DNA of 64,000 bases, from NCBI GenBank assembly GCA_020724525.1, contig DYGU01000003.1, positions 38,105 to 102,104 on the forward strand, given 5' to 3'. The notes beneath the pieces are model-generated. The model searched no databases. It had not been told where the DNA came from and saw nothing but the letters and a program-made list of their open reading frames with translations. A program made the translations under genes and the position numbers. The stretch is from Dehalococcoides mccartyi. GTDB taxonomy: Bacteria; Chloroflexota; Dehalococcoidia; GIF9; DYGU01. Below, one piece after another: positions 19,336 to 29,982 of the stretch; position 1 is the stretch's first letter; every line of letters begins with the position of its first letter.

Positions 19336-22300
19336 ATGCCTAAAATCTCTAAAGTCCTTGTTATTGGTTCAGGACCGATAATTATCGGACAGGCAGCGGA
19401 GTTTGACTATGCCGGCACCCAAGCCTGTAAAGCTCTCCGGGAGGAAGGAGTTACTTCAGTGCTGGTAAATTCAAACCCGGCAACTATTATGACCGATGAA
19501 GGCATTGCCGATATTGTCTATATTGAGCCATTGACCGCAGAGGTCTTAGAACGAATTATTGCTCGAGAGCACCCTGATGGACTGCTGCCAACCCTGGGTG
19601 GGCAGACGGGACTCAATTTAGCCGTGGAATTAGCCGATGCCGGCATCCTCGACAAATATAATGTCAGACTTCTGGGAACACCCCTGGAGACCATCAAAAA
19701 AGCTGAGGAGAGGTCTTTATTTAAGAAATTGCTTATTGACATCGGTGAGCCGGTCCCAGAAAGTGACACCGTTCATTCTGTAGAAGAAGCCCGCCAGTTG
19801 GTAAAGAGGCTCGGACTACCGGTTATTATCCGTCCCTCTTACACCTTGGGTGGTACAGGTGGTGGTATTGCCCACACTATGGAAGAACTTGAGACCATTG
19901 TAGTCAGAGGATTAGCTGCCAGTATGAGCCATGAGGTGTTGGTAGAAAAGTCAGTCCTCGGCTGGAAAGAACTTGAGTATGAGGTGATGCGGGATGGGGC
20001 TGACAACTGCATTACTGTATGTAATATGGAAAACATAGACCCTATGGGCATCCATACCGGCGATAGCATTGTTGTCGCTCCCAGTCAGACCTTAACCGAT
20101 AAAGAATATCAGATGCTCCGCTCAGCCAGCCTCAAGATTATCCGAGCCCTGGGCATTGAAGGTGGTTGCAATATCCAGTTTGCTCTTACCCCTCATCCCA
20201 TAGTTGCCCGAAAATGGGCTCCAGACCAACTAAATGTCAAAAACAGCCAGTATTATGTCATTGAGGTTAATCCACGGGTTAGCCGTAGCTCTGCCTTAGC
20301 CAGCAAAGCTACTGGTTATCCTATTGCCCAGGTTGCTGCTAAAATTGCCATCGGTAAAAGACTGGATGAAATTCCCAATCGGGTTACGGGGAAGACCATG
20401 GCTGCTTTTGAACCAGCCTTAGATTATTGTGTGGTTAAAATCCCCCGCTGGCCCTTTGATAAATTCCCTTCCGGTGAACGTACCATAGGTACCCAAATGA
20501 AGGGAACCGGGGAGGCTATGGCAATTGAAAGAAGCTTCGAAGCTGCCTTCCAAAAAGCTGTCCGCTCCTTAGAATTCGGTAAAAGGTCTCTACTATGGGA
20601 AGATAATAACAGGGCAATGGCTAAAAACCTTAACGACTTTGCCTTACACCCAAACGACCTAAGGTTGTGGGCAATTATGGCAGCCCTAAGACGAGGCTTT
20701 AAACCTGAAGAATTAGCTGAGTACACGGGTATTGACCCCTGGTTCATATACAAATTTCTCAATATTGTTGAGATGGAAAAACGTCTGCTCAAGGAACCCC
20801 TGACTCCAGACCTCCTGTGGCGGGCTAAACGCCTCGGCTTCTCCGATGAACAAATCGGCACTTTGGCTGATAGGTTGCCAGAGCAAGTAAGACAACTCCG
20901 TCATAACTGGCAAATCCGCCCGGTGTATAAAACGGTTGATACTTGTGCTGCTGAATTTGATGCCGAAACGCCATACTTCTATAGCACTTATGAAACGGAG
21001 AACGAAACAGAGCCAATAAAAGAGAAAAAGGCTGTGGTTATCGGCAGTGGTCCAATACGAATTGGACAGGGTATCGAATTTGATTATTCCAGCGTCCATG
21101 CTACCTGGGCACTCCGTGAAGCTGGTATCAAGAGCATCATGGTCAACTCCAATCCGGAGACGGTATCTACCGACTTTGACACCAGTGACCGTCTTTACTT
21201 TGAAGCTTTGGATGAAGAGAGCCTGCGGGATATCCTCGAAAACGAAAGCCATTCACCAGGAAACCCCAACTCCACCCCACCATCTATCGTCCAGTTCGGC
21301 GGGCAAACAGCTATCAATCTAACTGAACCCTTAGCCCGTAGCGGCATGCCCATCCTCGGTTCCAGCGCTGAAACTATAGATATAGCTGAAGACCGTCATC
21401 GCTTTGAAGACTTTCTCAGCCGTTTAGGCATCCCCCAACCCCCAGGTGCTGGAGTAAATTCCTTACAAGCCGGGCTTAATGTAGCTAAACTTTTAGACTA
21501 TCCGGTACTGGTACGACCCAGTTATGTCCTTGGTGGCAGAGCTATGGAAATTGTCTACAATGAAACTGAACTAATTAGATACATGTCTCTTGCCTTAGAA
21601 TTAGACAGTCGACACCCCATATTGATTGATAAATACCTTCAAGGTAAAGAAGTTGAGGTAGATGCCATTGGCGACGGAGAACGGGTTCTCATCCCGGGTA
21701 TAATGGAGCATATAGAGCGAGCTGGCGTCCATAGTGGCGATTCTATCGCCGTCTATCCCGGCTTAAATCTTACCGAAGCTGAAGTAAACACCATTGTTGA
21801 CTACACCATCAAAATTGCCCTGGCTCTCCAAATTAAAGGCTTAATGAATATCCAGTTTGTCATTACACCCCCCACAAGAAATAGTCCGTCTTCCGTGTAT
21901 GTCCTTGAAGTAAACCCTCGTGCCAGCCGAACCGTGCCCTTCATCTCCAAAGTCACCGACATACCTATGGTCCGAATTGCTACTAAGGTAATGTTAGGCA
22001 TCAGTCTCAAAGAACAAGGTTATGAGACCGGCTTGTGGAAAAAGCAAAAACTAATAGCTATCAAGGCGCCCGTATTTTCCATGTCCAAACTGGCGGGCGT
22101 AGACAGCTACCTCGGCCCCGAGATGAAATCAACTGGCGAGGTCATGGGAATTGACTACACCTTTGAGGCTGCACTCGTCAAAGCTCTTTTAGCTTCAGGA
22201 CTTATGCTTCCCAAAAAGGGTAGCCTCCTTCTCAGTATTGCCGACCGCGATAAAGCCGAAGCCCTGCCCGTAATCAAGAAACTCTATTCTAAAGGCTACA

Positions 22301-22635
22301 GACTTTATGCTACTGAAGGTACCGCCATCATGCTCCAGGCAAGTGGTCTTTCTGTAAAAATGACCAGTAAAAAGCTAAGCGAAGGACATCCCAATGTTAT
22401 CGATATTATCAGTGATGGGGCAGTGGACGGGGTAGTAAATACCATTACCGGGGGGCGGGTACCTTTTCGGGATGGATTTTACATCCGGCGAGCCGCTGCC
22501 GAGAAAAGAATACCCTGCTTTACCTCCCTGGATACTTTCCAGGTAGCTGTGGAAGCCCTTGTTAATGGGGGACAATTCTTCACCATCCAAGCCTTGAGAG
22601 AATACTTTGGGGATTCCCTCCTGTCATTGCGGTGA
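19336..22635 (+). CDS. carB: carbamoyl-phosphate synthase large subunit
   Basis: 1099 aa, duplicated ATP-grasp halves ([31 protein letters not shown]... and [21 protein letters not shown]...) plus MGS-like C-domain. Confidence 0.95.
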   Translation: MPKISKVLVIGSGPIIIGQAAEFDYAGTQACKALREEGVTSVLVNSNPATIMTDEGIADIVYIEPLTAEVLERIIAREHPDGLLPTLGGQTGLNLAVELADAGILDKYNVRLLGTPLETIKKAEERSLFKKLLIDIGEPVPESDTVHSVEEARQLVKRLGLPVIIRPSYTLGGTGGGIAHTMEELETIVVRGLAASMSHEVLVEKSVLGWKELEYEVMRDGADNCITVCNMENIDPMGIHTGDSIVVAPSQTLTDKEYQMLRSASLKIIRALGIEGGCNIQFALTPHPIVARKWAPDQLNVKNSQYYVIEVNPRVSRSSALASKATGYPIAQVAAKIAIGKRLDEIPNRVTGKTMAAFEPALDYCVVKIPRWPFDKFPSGERTIGTQMKGTGEAMAIERSFEAAFQKAVRSLEFGKRSLLWEDNNRAMAKNLNDFALHPNDLRLWAIMAALRRGFKPEELAEYTGIDPWFIYKFLNIVEMEKRLLKEPLTPDLLWRAKRLGFSDEQIGTLADRLPEQVRQLRHNWQIRPVYKTVDTCAAEFDAETPYFYSTYETENETEPIKEKKAVVIGSGPIRIGQGIEFDYSSVHATWALREAGIKSIMVNSNPETVSTDFDTSDRLYFEALDEESLRDILENESHSPGNPNSTPPSIVQFGGQTAINLTEPLARSGMPILGSSAETIDIAEDRHRFEDFLSRLGIPQPPGAGVNSLQAGLNVAKLLDYPVLVRPSYVLGGRAMEIVYNETELIRYMSLALELDSRHPILIDKYLQGKEVEVDAIGDGERVLIPGIMEHIERAGVHSGDSIAVYPGLNLTEAEVNTIVDYTIKIALALQIKGLMNIQFVITPPTRNSPSSVYVLEVNPRASRTVPFISKVTDIPMVRIATKVMLGISLKEQGYETGLWKKQKLIAIKAPVFSMSKLAGVDSYLGPEMKSTGEVMGIDYTFEAALVKALLASGLMLPKKGSLLLSIADRDKAEALPVIKKLYSKGYRLYATEGTAIMLQASGLSVKMTSKKLSEGHPNVIDIISDGAVDGVVNTITGGRVPFRDGFYIRRAAAEKRIPCFTSLDTFQVAVEALVNGGQFFTIQALREYFGDSLLSLR

Positions 22636-22663
22636 AAATTGCCGGAAGGAGTAATATCACCTT

Positions 22664-23446
22664 TTGAAGCAAGTATTAGCTACCGTCCTCTCAAACCAGG
22701 AAATCATGCCCGGTGTCCATTTAATCCAGGCTGAGGCACCTGACATCACCGCTGAAGCTCGTCCCGGACAGTTCCTGATGGTGCGCTGCGGTCAAGATTA
22801 TGAGTTTATTCTGAGGCGTCCCTTTAGTATCCACCAGGCTAATACCGAAACCGGACAAATCTCGCTCCTTTTCGCCATAGTTGGTAGAGGCACTACCTGG
22901 CTGTCCCAACTCAAAAAAAACGATAAAGTAGACTTATTGGGACCATTAGGTAATGGCTTCTCCCTTGAGCCGGAAGCCAAGAATTTGCTTCTAATCGCTG
23001 GAGGGGTTGGCATCGCTCCGCTAATCTTTCTTAGCCAACAAGCCTTAACCCAAGGAAAATCAGTGACTTTGCTCTTAGGCGCACCCACCGCAGAGCAACT
23101 TTATCCCAAACACCTAATACCTGAAGGAACAAACTACCTAATCACTACTGAAGATGGTAGTGCCGGCAAAAAGGGACTGGTTACAGACCTTCTACCGGAA
23201 TTTATTCACTGGTGTCATCAAATTTGTGCCTGCGGACCAGTAGCTATGTGCCAAAGACTACAAGCTCAAAAACAACTTCAAAAGAAGAAATTATTTGTCC
23301 AGCTCTCTCTGGAAGTGAGACTGGGCTGTGGTATCGGTATCTGTTATGGCTGCAGCCTGGAAACCAGGCACGGTCAAAAACAGGTCTGCAGCGACGGACC
23401 TATTTTTGAACTCGATGAAATTCTATGGGATGAAGTAAAGATATAG
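22664..23446 (+). CDS. pyrK: dihydroorotate dehydrogenase electron-transfer subunit
   Basis: FAD/NAD-binding ferredoxin-reductase fold and C-terminal CGIGICYGC [2Fe-2S] motif. TTG start with RBS GGAAGGAG. No pyrD follows. Confidence 0.8.
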   Translation: MKQVLATVLSNQEIMPGVHLIQAEAPDITAEARPGQFLMVRCGQDYEFILRRPFSIHQANTETGQISLLFAIVGRGTTWLSQLKKNDKVDLLGPLGNGFSLEPEAKNLLLIAGGVGIAPLIFLSQQALTQGKSVTLLLGAPTAEQLYPKHLIPEGTNYLITTEDGSAGKKGLVTDLLPEFIHWCHQICACGPVAMCQRLQAQKQLQKKKLFVQLSLEVRLGCGIGICYGCSLETRHGQKQVCSDGPIFELDEILWDEVKI

Positions 23447-23467
23447 ACCTTAAGCAAGGAGGGAAAA

Positions 23468-23884
23468 ATGGTGGTTAGCCGGAAAATTAGTCTTAAGACA
23501 GGAGGGCTTTGCGATATCATTAACATCACTCCCCAAATAGTCAAGGAAGTGGCTGAAACAGGCATTAATAGCGGTATTGCCGCTTTATTTGTAGCCGGCT
23601 CAACCGCTGGACTGACCACCATCGAATTTGAGTCAGGGCTTATCGATGACTTCAAAAATATGTGGAATAGAGTAATACCTAAAGACATTCCCTACCGCCA
23701 TGACCAAGCCTGGGGGGAAGGTAACGGCTTTTCCCATGTCCGAGCCTCTCTTTTAGGTGCTTCTTTAACTATTCCTTTTACTAATAAAGCTTTAACTTTG
23801 GGTACCTGGCAGCAGATAGTCTTGGTTGACTTCGACAATCGTCCCCGGTCAAGAGAAATTATAGTCCAGGTGATAGGTGAATAA
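23468..23884 (+). CDS. YjbQ/UPF0047 family protein
   Basis: 138 aa. GTWQQIVLVDFDNRPRSREIIVQVIG matches the YjbQ family C-terminus. Confidence 0.65.
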   Translation: MVVSRKISLKTGGLCDIINITPQIVKEVAETGINSGIAALFVAGSTAGLTTIEFESGLIDDFKNMWNRVIPKDIPYRHDQAWGEGNGFSHVRASLLGASLTIPFTNKALTLGTWQQIVLVDFDNRPRSREIIVQVIGE

Positions 23885-24006
23885 AACAGACTATTTACCA
23901 ATGCTTATCCACTACCCTGAACAAGGCGGAGAAACCCTCTTAAACAGGGAGTTTGACACTAACTTCTATAAACTCTATACTTAATTATTGGAAAGGAAGT
24001 ATTCTG

Positions 24007-24126
24007 ATGGCAAATGAAGTTGGCAAAAGATATATTTGCAGTAAATGTGGAAGTGAATTTATTGTCACCAGGGGTGGTGAAGGTACCCTTACCTGTTGTG
24101 GACAAGTTATGGTCATCAAGAAATAG
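24007..24126 (+). CDS. desulforedoxin-like small FeS4 protein (39 aa)
   Basis: MANEVGKRYICSKCGSEFIVTRGGEGTLTCCGQVMVIKK, with C-x2-C-x15-C-C spacing and overall similarity to Desulfovibrio gigas desulforedoxin ([36 protein letters not shown]). RBS GGAAAGGAAG. Below the ORF-track size cutoff. Confidence 0.65.
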   Translation: MANEVGKRYICSKCGSEFIVTRGGEGTLTCCGQVMVIKK

Positions 24127-24144
24127 AGCTTTGTAGGTAGTCTT

Positions 24145-24288
24145 GTGGCAAATCAGTTAGGTAAAAGATATCGCTGTGGGGTTTGTGGCACTGAAGTGTT
24201 ATGTACTAAAGCCGGTGAGGGCACCGCTATTTGCTGTGAACAAGAAATGGTAGTTCAGGAACCTCGCCCAGTTCCATCATCGGACTAA
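24145..24288 (+). CDS. desulforedoxin-like small protein, second tandem paralog (47 aa, GTG start)
   Basis: VANQLGKRYRCGVCGTEVLCTKAGEGTAICCEQEMVVQEPRPVPSSD, with the same C-x2-C-x15-C-C pattern. 18 nt downstream of the first copy. Confidence 0.55.
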   Translation: MANQLGKRYRCGVCGTEVLCTKAGEGTAICCEQEMVVQEPRPVPSSD

Positions 24289-24382
24289 TCTCCTATAAAA
24301 GTGCCAAAACAGTTTCTTAAACTACAGCAATCAAAGTCCGATTAAAGTTCTTGCCCAAATTTGAAAATCTGGCTGGGTAAAA

Positions 24383-24486
24383 AGAGATTGCTGAAAAAGT
24401 CCTTATGTCTTTCCAAAGTAAACCTATGCTTAACCTGTCTCCAAATTCGGGGCCCCCTGAAAAACTTCGTTTTTCAGGGGTTTTAA
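24383..24486 (+). repeat. intergenic repeat element, copy A (about 105 nt, terminal hairpin)
   Basis: Shares about 90% identity over about 100 nt with 37344..37448. Ends in hairpin CCCTGAAAAAC-TTC-GTTTTTCAGGG followed by GTTTTA. Confidence 0.6.
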
Positions 24487-24503
24487 AAAGGAGGTATAGC
24501 AAG

Positions 24504-25754
24504 ATGAGAAAACAAAAGACCTCCCTAAGTTGGGCAATTTTAATAATAACCATAGTCCTCTTATCCGTCAGTAGTCTGATTTCGTGCCAGTCAACTGATA
24601 AAAAGACGACCCTTGACCAGAAACAAATAGCTGAGGTAAAACGCGGTAATTTAATAGTTAGCGTTGACGCTGACGGCAACCTATCCATGCCTCGCCAGGC
24701 TAAATTAGCTTTTGACACCACAGGCACAATTCAGGAGATAAAAGTAAGAGATGGGGATAAAGTAACCAAAGAACAATTGTTAGCCAGGCTGGATACCTCT
24801 GCCCTCGAATTAGCTTTAAAATTAGCCGAAAACGACCTTGAAATAGCCGAATATACCCTTATGCAGACCGCTGGGCTTACCCCGCCCGGGTGGGAAAAAG
24901 TCCGTCCTGATTATACCATTGTTTACGGGACTGATATACCCGGTGCCCGAGGCCTCTTGAAAGAAATTGAGAACTTATTAACCCGAGCCAAAGAGTTATT
25001 AACTTCGGGAGAGATTAGTCAAGCCCAATCACAGCTTCAATTAGCCTATGACAAGTTGACTTCAGCCCAGTACAAGTTAGGGGGAAAGTACTTTGCCTAT
25101 CCTCTTTCGGTTAAGTTAGCCGAATTAAAGGTAGAAAAAGCCAGAATGGCTGTAGATAAAGCTAATATAGAGCTACAAAAAGCTCTGATTATCGCCCCTT
25201 TTAATGGAATTGTGGCCAATGTGGGGGCTAAAGAAGGAGATAAATTATCTGCATTCAATTATGCCACCACTATTGTTGTCCACTTGATTGACCCCAGCAT
25301 AATAGAGATGAAAGCCTTCATAGATGAAATAGATGCCCCTAAAGTAAAATTAGGGCAAGAAGCTATTATCACCCTTGATACTTTGCCTGAAATCGAACTA
25401 AAAGGAAAAGTAACCTTCGTCTCCCCAATACCCCTTATCCAGGCTGGTGTAGTGTCTTATAAAGCCACCTTAAACCTATCACATCCTGATGGTGTTGAAC
25501 TCAAAGATGGCATGACTGCCACTGCCAGGTTTATTATTGACCGTAAAGAAAATGTATTACTATTGCCCAATCGAGCTATAAAAGGCACACCAGGGAACCA
25601 CTGGGTGGAAGTGGTTAAGAACGAGGTAACTAAACCAAGACCAGTAGTCCTTGGCGCCAGTGATGGCAAAAATACTGAAGTTATATCCGGTCTAACCGAG
25701 GGAGAGAAAGTAATAGTGGAGATAGTCCGCCCTCCAGTACCTCGACTCTTCTAA
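24504..25754 (+). CDS. efflux transporter periplasmic adaptor (HlyD/MacA family)
   Basis: N-terminal TM segment, coiled-coil and beta-barrel/lipoyl-like regions. RBS AAGGAGG before ATG 24504. The ORF track starts inside repeat copy A at 24405. Confidence 0.8.
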   Translation: MRKQKTSLSWAILIITIVLLSVSSLISCQSTDKKTTLDQKQIAEVKRGNLIVSVDADGNLSMPRQAKLAFDTTGTIQEIKVRDGDKVTKEQLLARLDTSALELALKLAENDLEIAEYTLMQTAGLTPPGWEKVRPDYTIVYGTDIPGARGLLKEIENLLTRAKELLTSGEISQAQSQLQLAYDKLTSAQYKLGGKYFAYPLSVKLAELKVEKARMAVDKANIELQKALIIAPFNGIVANVGAKEGDKLSAFNYATTIVVHLIDPSIIEMKAFIDEIDAPKVKLGQEAIITLDTLPEIELKGKVTFVSPIPLIQAGVVSYKATLNLSHPDGVELKDGMTATARFIIDRKENVLLLPNRAIKGTPGNHWVEVVKNEVTKPRPVVLGASDGKNTEVISGLTEGEKVIVEIVRPPVPRLF

Positions 25755-25812
25755 ATAAAGCCATGATTTTAAAGTCATTATAAAGTAATGTGAAACGCCT
25801 TTAGCCCAAAAT

Positions 25813-26481
25813 ATGATCAGGTTAGAGAACATAATAAAAGTTTATAAGACAGGAACCGTTGAGGTCAGAGCCTTAAATGGACTGAGCTGCCGAGTAGAAC
25901 AAGGGGAAATGGTCTCTATTATAGGACCTTCAGGTTCGGGTAAGTCTACTTTGATGCACATCATTGGCTGCCTTGATAGACCTACTTCAGGCAAGTATAT
26001 ATTAGAAGGAATGGACGTAAGTCTCCTGAGAGAAGACCAGTTAGCCAAGATAAGGAATAAGAAAGTAGGCTTCGTCTTCCAGTTTTTCAATCTATTGCCG
26101 CGGGTTACTGCCTTAGCTAATGTGGAGTTGCCTCTGATTTATGGCGGACTTCGTAACCGTCGCCAGCGTGTCCTTGATGCTTTAGAATCAGTAGGGCTGA
26201 GCCATCGAGCTCACCACCTTCCCAGTCAGTTGTCGGGGGGAGAGCACCAAAGGGTGGCTATTGCCCGGGCTCTGGTTAACAACCCAGACTTAATTTTAGC
26301 TGATGAACCTACCGGAAATCTGGATACCCAGACAAGTAAAGAGATTATGCTCATTTTGCAACAGCTAAATCAAAAAGGAATAACCATTATTATAGTGACC
26401 CATGAAGCTGATATTGCTGCCTACACCCAGAGAACTATTTATCTCCGGGATGGTCAAATAGTCAAAGAGGTAAGAAGGTGA
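25813..26481 (+). CDS. ABC transporter ATP-binding protein (MacB/LolD type)
   Basis: [12 protein letters not shown] Walker [16 protein letters not shown] signature, [11 protein letters not shown] Walker B. Confidence 0.9.
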   Translation: MIRLENIIKVYKTGTVEVRALNGLSCRVEQGEMVSIIGPSGSGKSTLMHIIGCLDRPTSGKYILEGMDVSLLREDQLAKIRNKKVGFVFQFFNLLPRVTALANVELPLIYGGLRNRRQRVLDALESVGLSHRAHHLPSQLSGGEHQRVAIARALVNNPDLILADEPTGNLDTQTSKEIMLILQQLNQKGITIIIVTHEADIAAYTQRTIYLRDGQIVKEVRR

Positions 26482-27725
26482 GTCTGTGGGAAAGTTTTAT
26501 CACTGCCTGGCGAGCTTTATTAAATAATAAGCTACGCTCAGCCCTGACCATGCTTGGTATCATAATTGGAGTTGGTGCTATCATTTTCCTGGTATCCCTG
26601 GGAAGAGGGCATCAGGCTAATATCACTGGTATATTCGAATCTATGGGGGCTGACCTTCTTTACGCCATAGGAAGCAGCCGGATAACGACCCAAGCGCTGC
26701 AAGGAATATCTGGCGCCACCGCCTCCCTCACCCTTGAGGATGCCAAGGCTCTTAAAGACCCCATTAAAGCTCCATCTATAGCCCTTGTAGCTCCAATTAT
26801 TCAAATAATGGGCAACCTATCCTTTGAGAAAGAAAACACTACCACCACCATTGTTGGGGTTACTCCCGAAGCTCAGGACATATTAAGGTACTCTGTAGCT
26901 AATGGTGTCTTTATCTCAGAACAAGATATCAAGTTAAAAGCCAGTGTCGCTGTGCTTGGAGACAGGACAGCCAAAGACCTCTTTGGCCTGCGAGACCCCC
27001 TCGGGGAGAAGATTAAAATTAATGGGCGGAACTTTGAAGTTATCGGGGTACTGGAGAAAAAAGGGGCTTTCATGGTAACTATGGATGACTTCGTAATAAT
27101 CCCCTTAACCACAATGCAAACCAGAATCCTTGGGGTGATTACCCCGCGGGGGCAGCCTGTCCAGGCCATTGGTGTTAAGCCATTAAGTATTGACCACTTA
27201 GATGCTGCTACTGAAGAAATTGCTTCTATTCTGCGTCAGCGCCATCGGATCAGGGAAGGGGAAGACGATGACTTTGCTGTCATTAACATGCAAGAAATTC
27301 TTAATCGGATGCGGGAGGTGCTGGCTATTTTTCAAATCTTCCTGGGTAGCGTTGGCGGCATCTCTTTACTCGTTGGGGGTATCGGTATTATGAATATAAT
27401 GCTTGTCTCTGTAGCAGAAAGAACCCGAGAAATTGGCATCCGCAAAGCGGTTGGGGCTAAACATCGGGATATTCTGCGCCAATTTTTGGTCGAAGCGGCA
27501 ACACTCGGGCTTTCCGGCGGTGCTATAGGAATTCTCCTGGCTATAATAGGGATCCGTTTGATTACCGGGGTAGAGCTTGGACCTTATTCTATCAAAGCTC
27601 CTCTTTCACCCGATATTGTCATTATTGCCTTATCTGTAGCTATTTTTACCGGGCTTGCCGCCGGTCTCTATCCCGCCTTTAGAGCTGCCCGTCTTGACCC
27701 AATTCAGGCTTTACGCTACGAATAA
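26478..27725 (+). CDS. ABC transporter permease (FtsX/MacB-like)
   Basis: N-terminal TM segment, large periplasmic domain, C-terminal FtsX 4-TM bundle. 4-nt overlap with the ATPase gene. Confidence 0.85.
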   Translation: MSLWESFITAWRALLNNKLRSALTMLGIIIGVGAIIFLVSLGRGHQANITGIFESMGADLLYAIGSSRITTQALQGISGATASLTLEDAKALKDPIKAPSIALVAPIIQIMGNLSFEKENTTTTIVGVTPEAQDILRYSVANGVFISEQDIKLKASVAVLGDRTAKDLFGLRDPLGEKIKINGRNFEVIGVLEKKGAFMVTMDDFVIIPLTTMQTRILGVITPRGQPVQAIGVKPLSIDHLDAATEEIASILRQRHRIREGEDDDFAVINMQEILNRMREVLAIFQIFLGSVGGISLLVGGIGIMNIMLVSVAERTREIGIRKAVGAKHRDILRQFLVEAATLGLSGGAIGILLAIIGIRLITGVELGPYSIKAPLSPDIVIIALSVAIFTGLAAGLYPAFRAARLDPIQALRYE

Positions 27726-27727
27726 AG

Positions 27728-28294
27728 TTACCTACCCCGGACTAAAGCTAAGAATTCAGCTCTGGTAGCTGCTTTAGTCCGGAAAAGCCCCCTTGTGGCT
27801 GAAGTAATCACATTACTACCCGGTTTTTCAATCCCCCGCATAATCATACATAAGTGTTCAGCTTGAATGACTACAGCCACCCCATCAGGTTGAAGGGCTT
27901 CGAGAATAGCATCAGCAATCTGGGTTGTCATCCGCTCCTGGAGTTGGGGACGCTTGGCAAAGATTTCCACCACCCTGGCTAACTTGCTAACACCGATAAC
28001 TCGCCCATCCTTATTCGGAATATAACCAATGTGAACAACCCCATAAAAGGGAAGAAGATGATGCTCACACATAGAATAAAAGGGGATATCCTTGAGAATT
28101 ACCATCTCGTGGTGCCCCTCCTCAAAACCCACCATCAATTCTGCCTTTGGGTCCGTATCTATTCCCGAGAAAAGCTCAGCATACATCTCGGCAATCCGTT
28201 GCGGGGTATCAGCTACCCCTCCCCGTCGGGGATCCTCCCCAATAGCCTCAATAATAGATAAAGCTGCGGCTTCAATTTTTTTAAGGTCAACCAA
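27728..28294 (-). CDS. folE: GTP cyclohydrolase I
   Basis: MCEHHLLPFYGVVHIGYIP...GVSKLARVVEIFAKRPQLQERMT, canonical FolE. Confidence 0.9.
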   Translation of the reverse strand: MVDLKKIEAAALSIIEAIGEDPRRGGVADTPQRIAEMYAELFSGIDTDPKAELMVGFEEGHHEMVILKDIPFYSMCEHHLLPFYGVVHIGYIPNKDGRVIGVSKLARVVEIFAKRPQLQERMTTQIADAILEALQPDGVAVVIQAEHLCMIMRGIEKPGSNVITSATRGLFRTKAATRAEFLALVRGR

Positions 28295-28316
28295 TTTTTC
28301 CTCCTGTAATCAACAG

Positions 28317-28895
28317 TTAGCCTTTCCCGTATATTTCCCGTTCCAGAAGCCGGACACGGCTCTTATCTACTGTAGAATAAAGCTCGGCACCTAAGTAAAG
28401 GACTGGTTTTATTTGCTCTAAGTCAACAGTTTGCTTTGGCGTAAAAGCTTCTTTCTGAAAATGTACTGCCACAATTTCGCCAACTACCCAGACGTGGTCT
28501 CCGTAAGTCTTATCGTCTACCACCTTACATTCGTAAGCAGCGTAAGCCGCTGTCAATATCGGCACCCTTATCCGTATTGGTTTGTCCTGAGCAATAGCGA
28601 ATTTCTTAAATTTGTCTACCTCTTCCCCTTTACTACCCCCAACAGCCGCCACCACTTCTGCAAACTCAAAAGGGACGAAATTGACCCCAAACTCCTGGCT
28701 CTCCACAATAAGCTTGTAAGTAAACCTTTTAGGTGATATGGAAACGCCATACAAGGGAGGTTTAAGAGAAATGGAACTGTGCCAGGCGGCTGCCATAGCA
28801 TTAATCTTCTCACCAGCCCGGGCGGTAACTATAGCCGCCACCTTAGGATAATGCTGATAAAACTCACCAATACTCTCGGTAACTATTTTAGCCAT
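28317..28895 (-). CDS. flavin reductase family protein
   Basis: Flavin-reductase-like domain (KVAAIVTARAGEKINAMAAAW...VVGEIVAVH). ATG 28895 with GGAGGTG RBS, preferred over the ORF-track TTG at 28910. Confidence 0.7.
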   Translation of the reverse strand: MAKIVTESIGEFYQHYPKVAAIVTARAGEKINAMAAAWHSSISLKPPLYGVSISPKRFTYKLIVESQEFGVNFVPFEFAEVVAAVGGSKGEEVDKFKKFAIAQDKPIRIRVPILTAAYAAYECKVVDDKTYGDHVWVVGEIVAVHFQKEAFTPKQTVDLEQIKPVLYLGAELYSTVDKSRVRLLEREIYGKG

Positions 28896-28928
28896 GTCAC
28901 CTCCATTCAATTTTGTATTTATATGAGG

Positions 28929-29981
28929 CTAATGCCAGCCAAAAGCTTGCTCAATAGCTCCTATATCCGGCGGAAGTTCTAAGAAGGGTTCAGTATATTT
29001 AATAGGGATACTCGGATCCTTTAGTCCAGTACCGGTAATAACACAAACCACCCTCTTATCTCTCAAGTTAAGACCTTGTTTTGTCATCTTAATTAAACCA
29101 GCTACAGAAGCTGCTGAAGCTAATTCCCCAAAGACCCCTTCCTTAGCAGCCAAAAGCTTGTAAGCAGCCAAAATCTCCTCATCGCTGACACAATCAATAA
29201 CTCCTTTTGATTCATCCCGAGCTTTTATTGCTCCGTGCCAGCTTGCCGGATTGCCAATGCGAATAGCTGTAGCTATAGTCAGAGGACGGCGAATGACCTT
29301 TCCTTTAACAATAGGAGCGGCACCTTCAGCCTCAAAACCCATCATTCTTGGGGTTTGCTTTGCCCTGCCAGCTTGGTAATACTCGCTAAAGCCTTTCCAG
29401 TAAGCAGTAATATTACCGGCATTTCCTACTGGAATGAAAAGGTAATCAGGGGCATCGCCAAGGACGTCTACAATTTCAAAGGCGGCTGTCTTTTGCCCCT
29501 CAATACGATGAGGATTCAGTGAATTCACTAAAGTAATCGAGTGCTTTTGAGCTAAATTGCAGACTATCTCCAGAGCCTGGTCAAAATTTCCTTTAATACT
29601 AACTATTTTGGCTCCGTGGGCAATAGCTTGGGCAAACTTCCCGGGAGCCACCTTTCCTTTTGGCACCACTACAATAACCTTTAAACTAAAGCCAGCACCA
29701 TAAGCCGCCGCTGAAGCGCTGGTATTACCGGTAGAGGCACAAATTACACTGGAGCTATTTCCTTCAATCGCTTTGGCTATGGCTACTACCATACCCCGAT
29801 CTTTAAAAGAGCCAGTAGGATTACAGCCTTCCAGTTTAAAGTATAACTCACCACAGCCAACCTCTTTCTCCAAAGTATTAGACCTGACTAAAGGGGTATC
29901 TCCTTCACCAAGGGTAATAAGAGGTGTTGACGGAGTAACCGGCACAAAGTCCCGATATCTAAATAAAACGCCAGCCCCCAT
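28929..29981 (-). CDS. thrC: threonine synthase
   Basis: PLP motif NPTGSFKDRGM. 350 aa. Confidence 0.9.
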   Translation of the reverse strand: MGAGVLFRYRDFVPVTPSTPLITLGEGDTPLVRSNTLEKEVGCGELYFKLEGCNPTGSFKDRGMVVAIAKAIEGNSSSVICASTGNTSASAAAYGAGFSLKVIVVVPKGKVAPGKFAQAIAHGAKIVSIKGNFDQALEIVCNLAQKHSITLVNSLNPHRIEGQKTAAFEIVDVLGDAPDYLFIPVGNAGNITAYWKGFSEYYQAGRAKQTPRMMGFEAEGAAPIVKGKVIRRPLTIATAIRIGNPASWHGAIKARDESKGVIDCVSDEEILAAYKLLAAKEGVFGELASAASVAGLIKMTKQGLNLRDKRVVCVITGTGLKDPSIPIKYTEPFLELPPDIGAIEQAFGWH

Positions 29982-29982
29982 C

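Noticed and set aside
19518-21252. Several 76..179-aa minus-strand ORFs inside carB
   Set aside because: Antisense to a highly conserved 1099-aa gene. Artefacts of GC-rich codon third positions.
24405-24503. N-terminal 33 aa of the ORF-track HlyD ORF (MSFQSKPMLNLSPNSGPPEKLRF...)
   Set aside because: Encoded entirely by the intergenic repeat element, of which an identical stretch occurs non-coding at 37344..37448. The ATG at 24504 with AAGGAGG SD is the real start.
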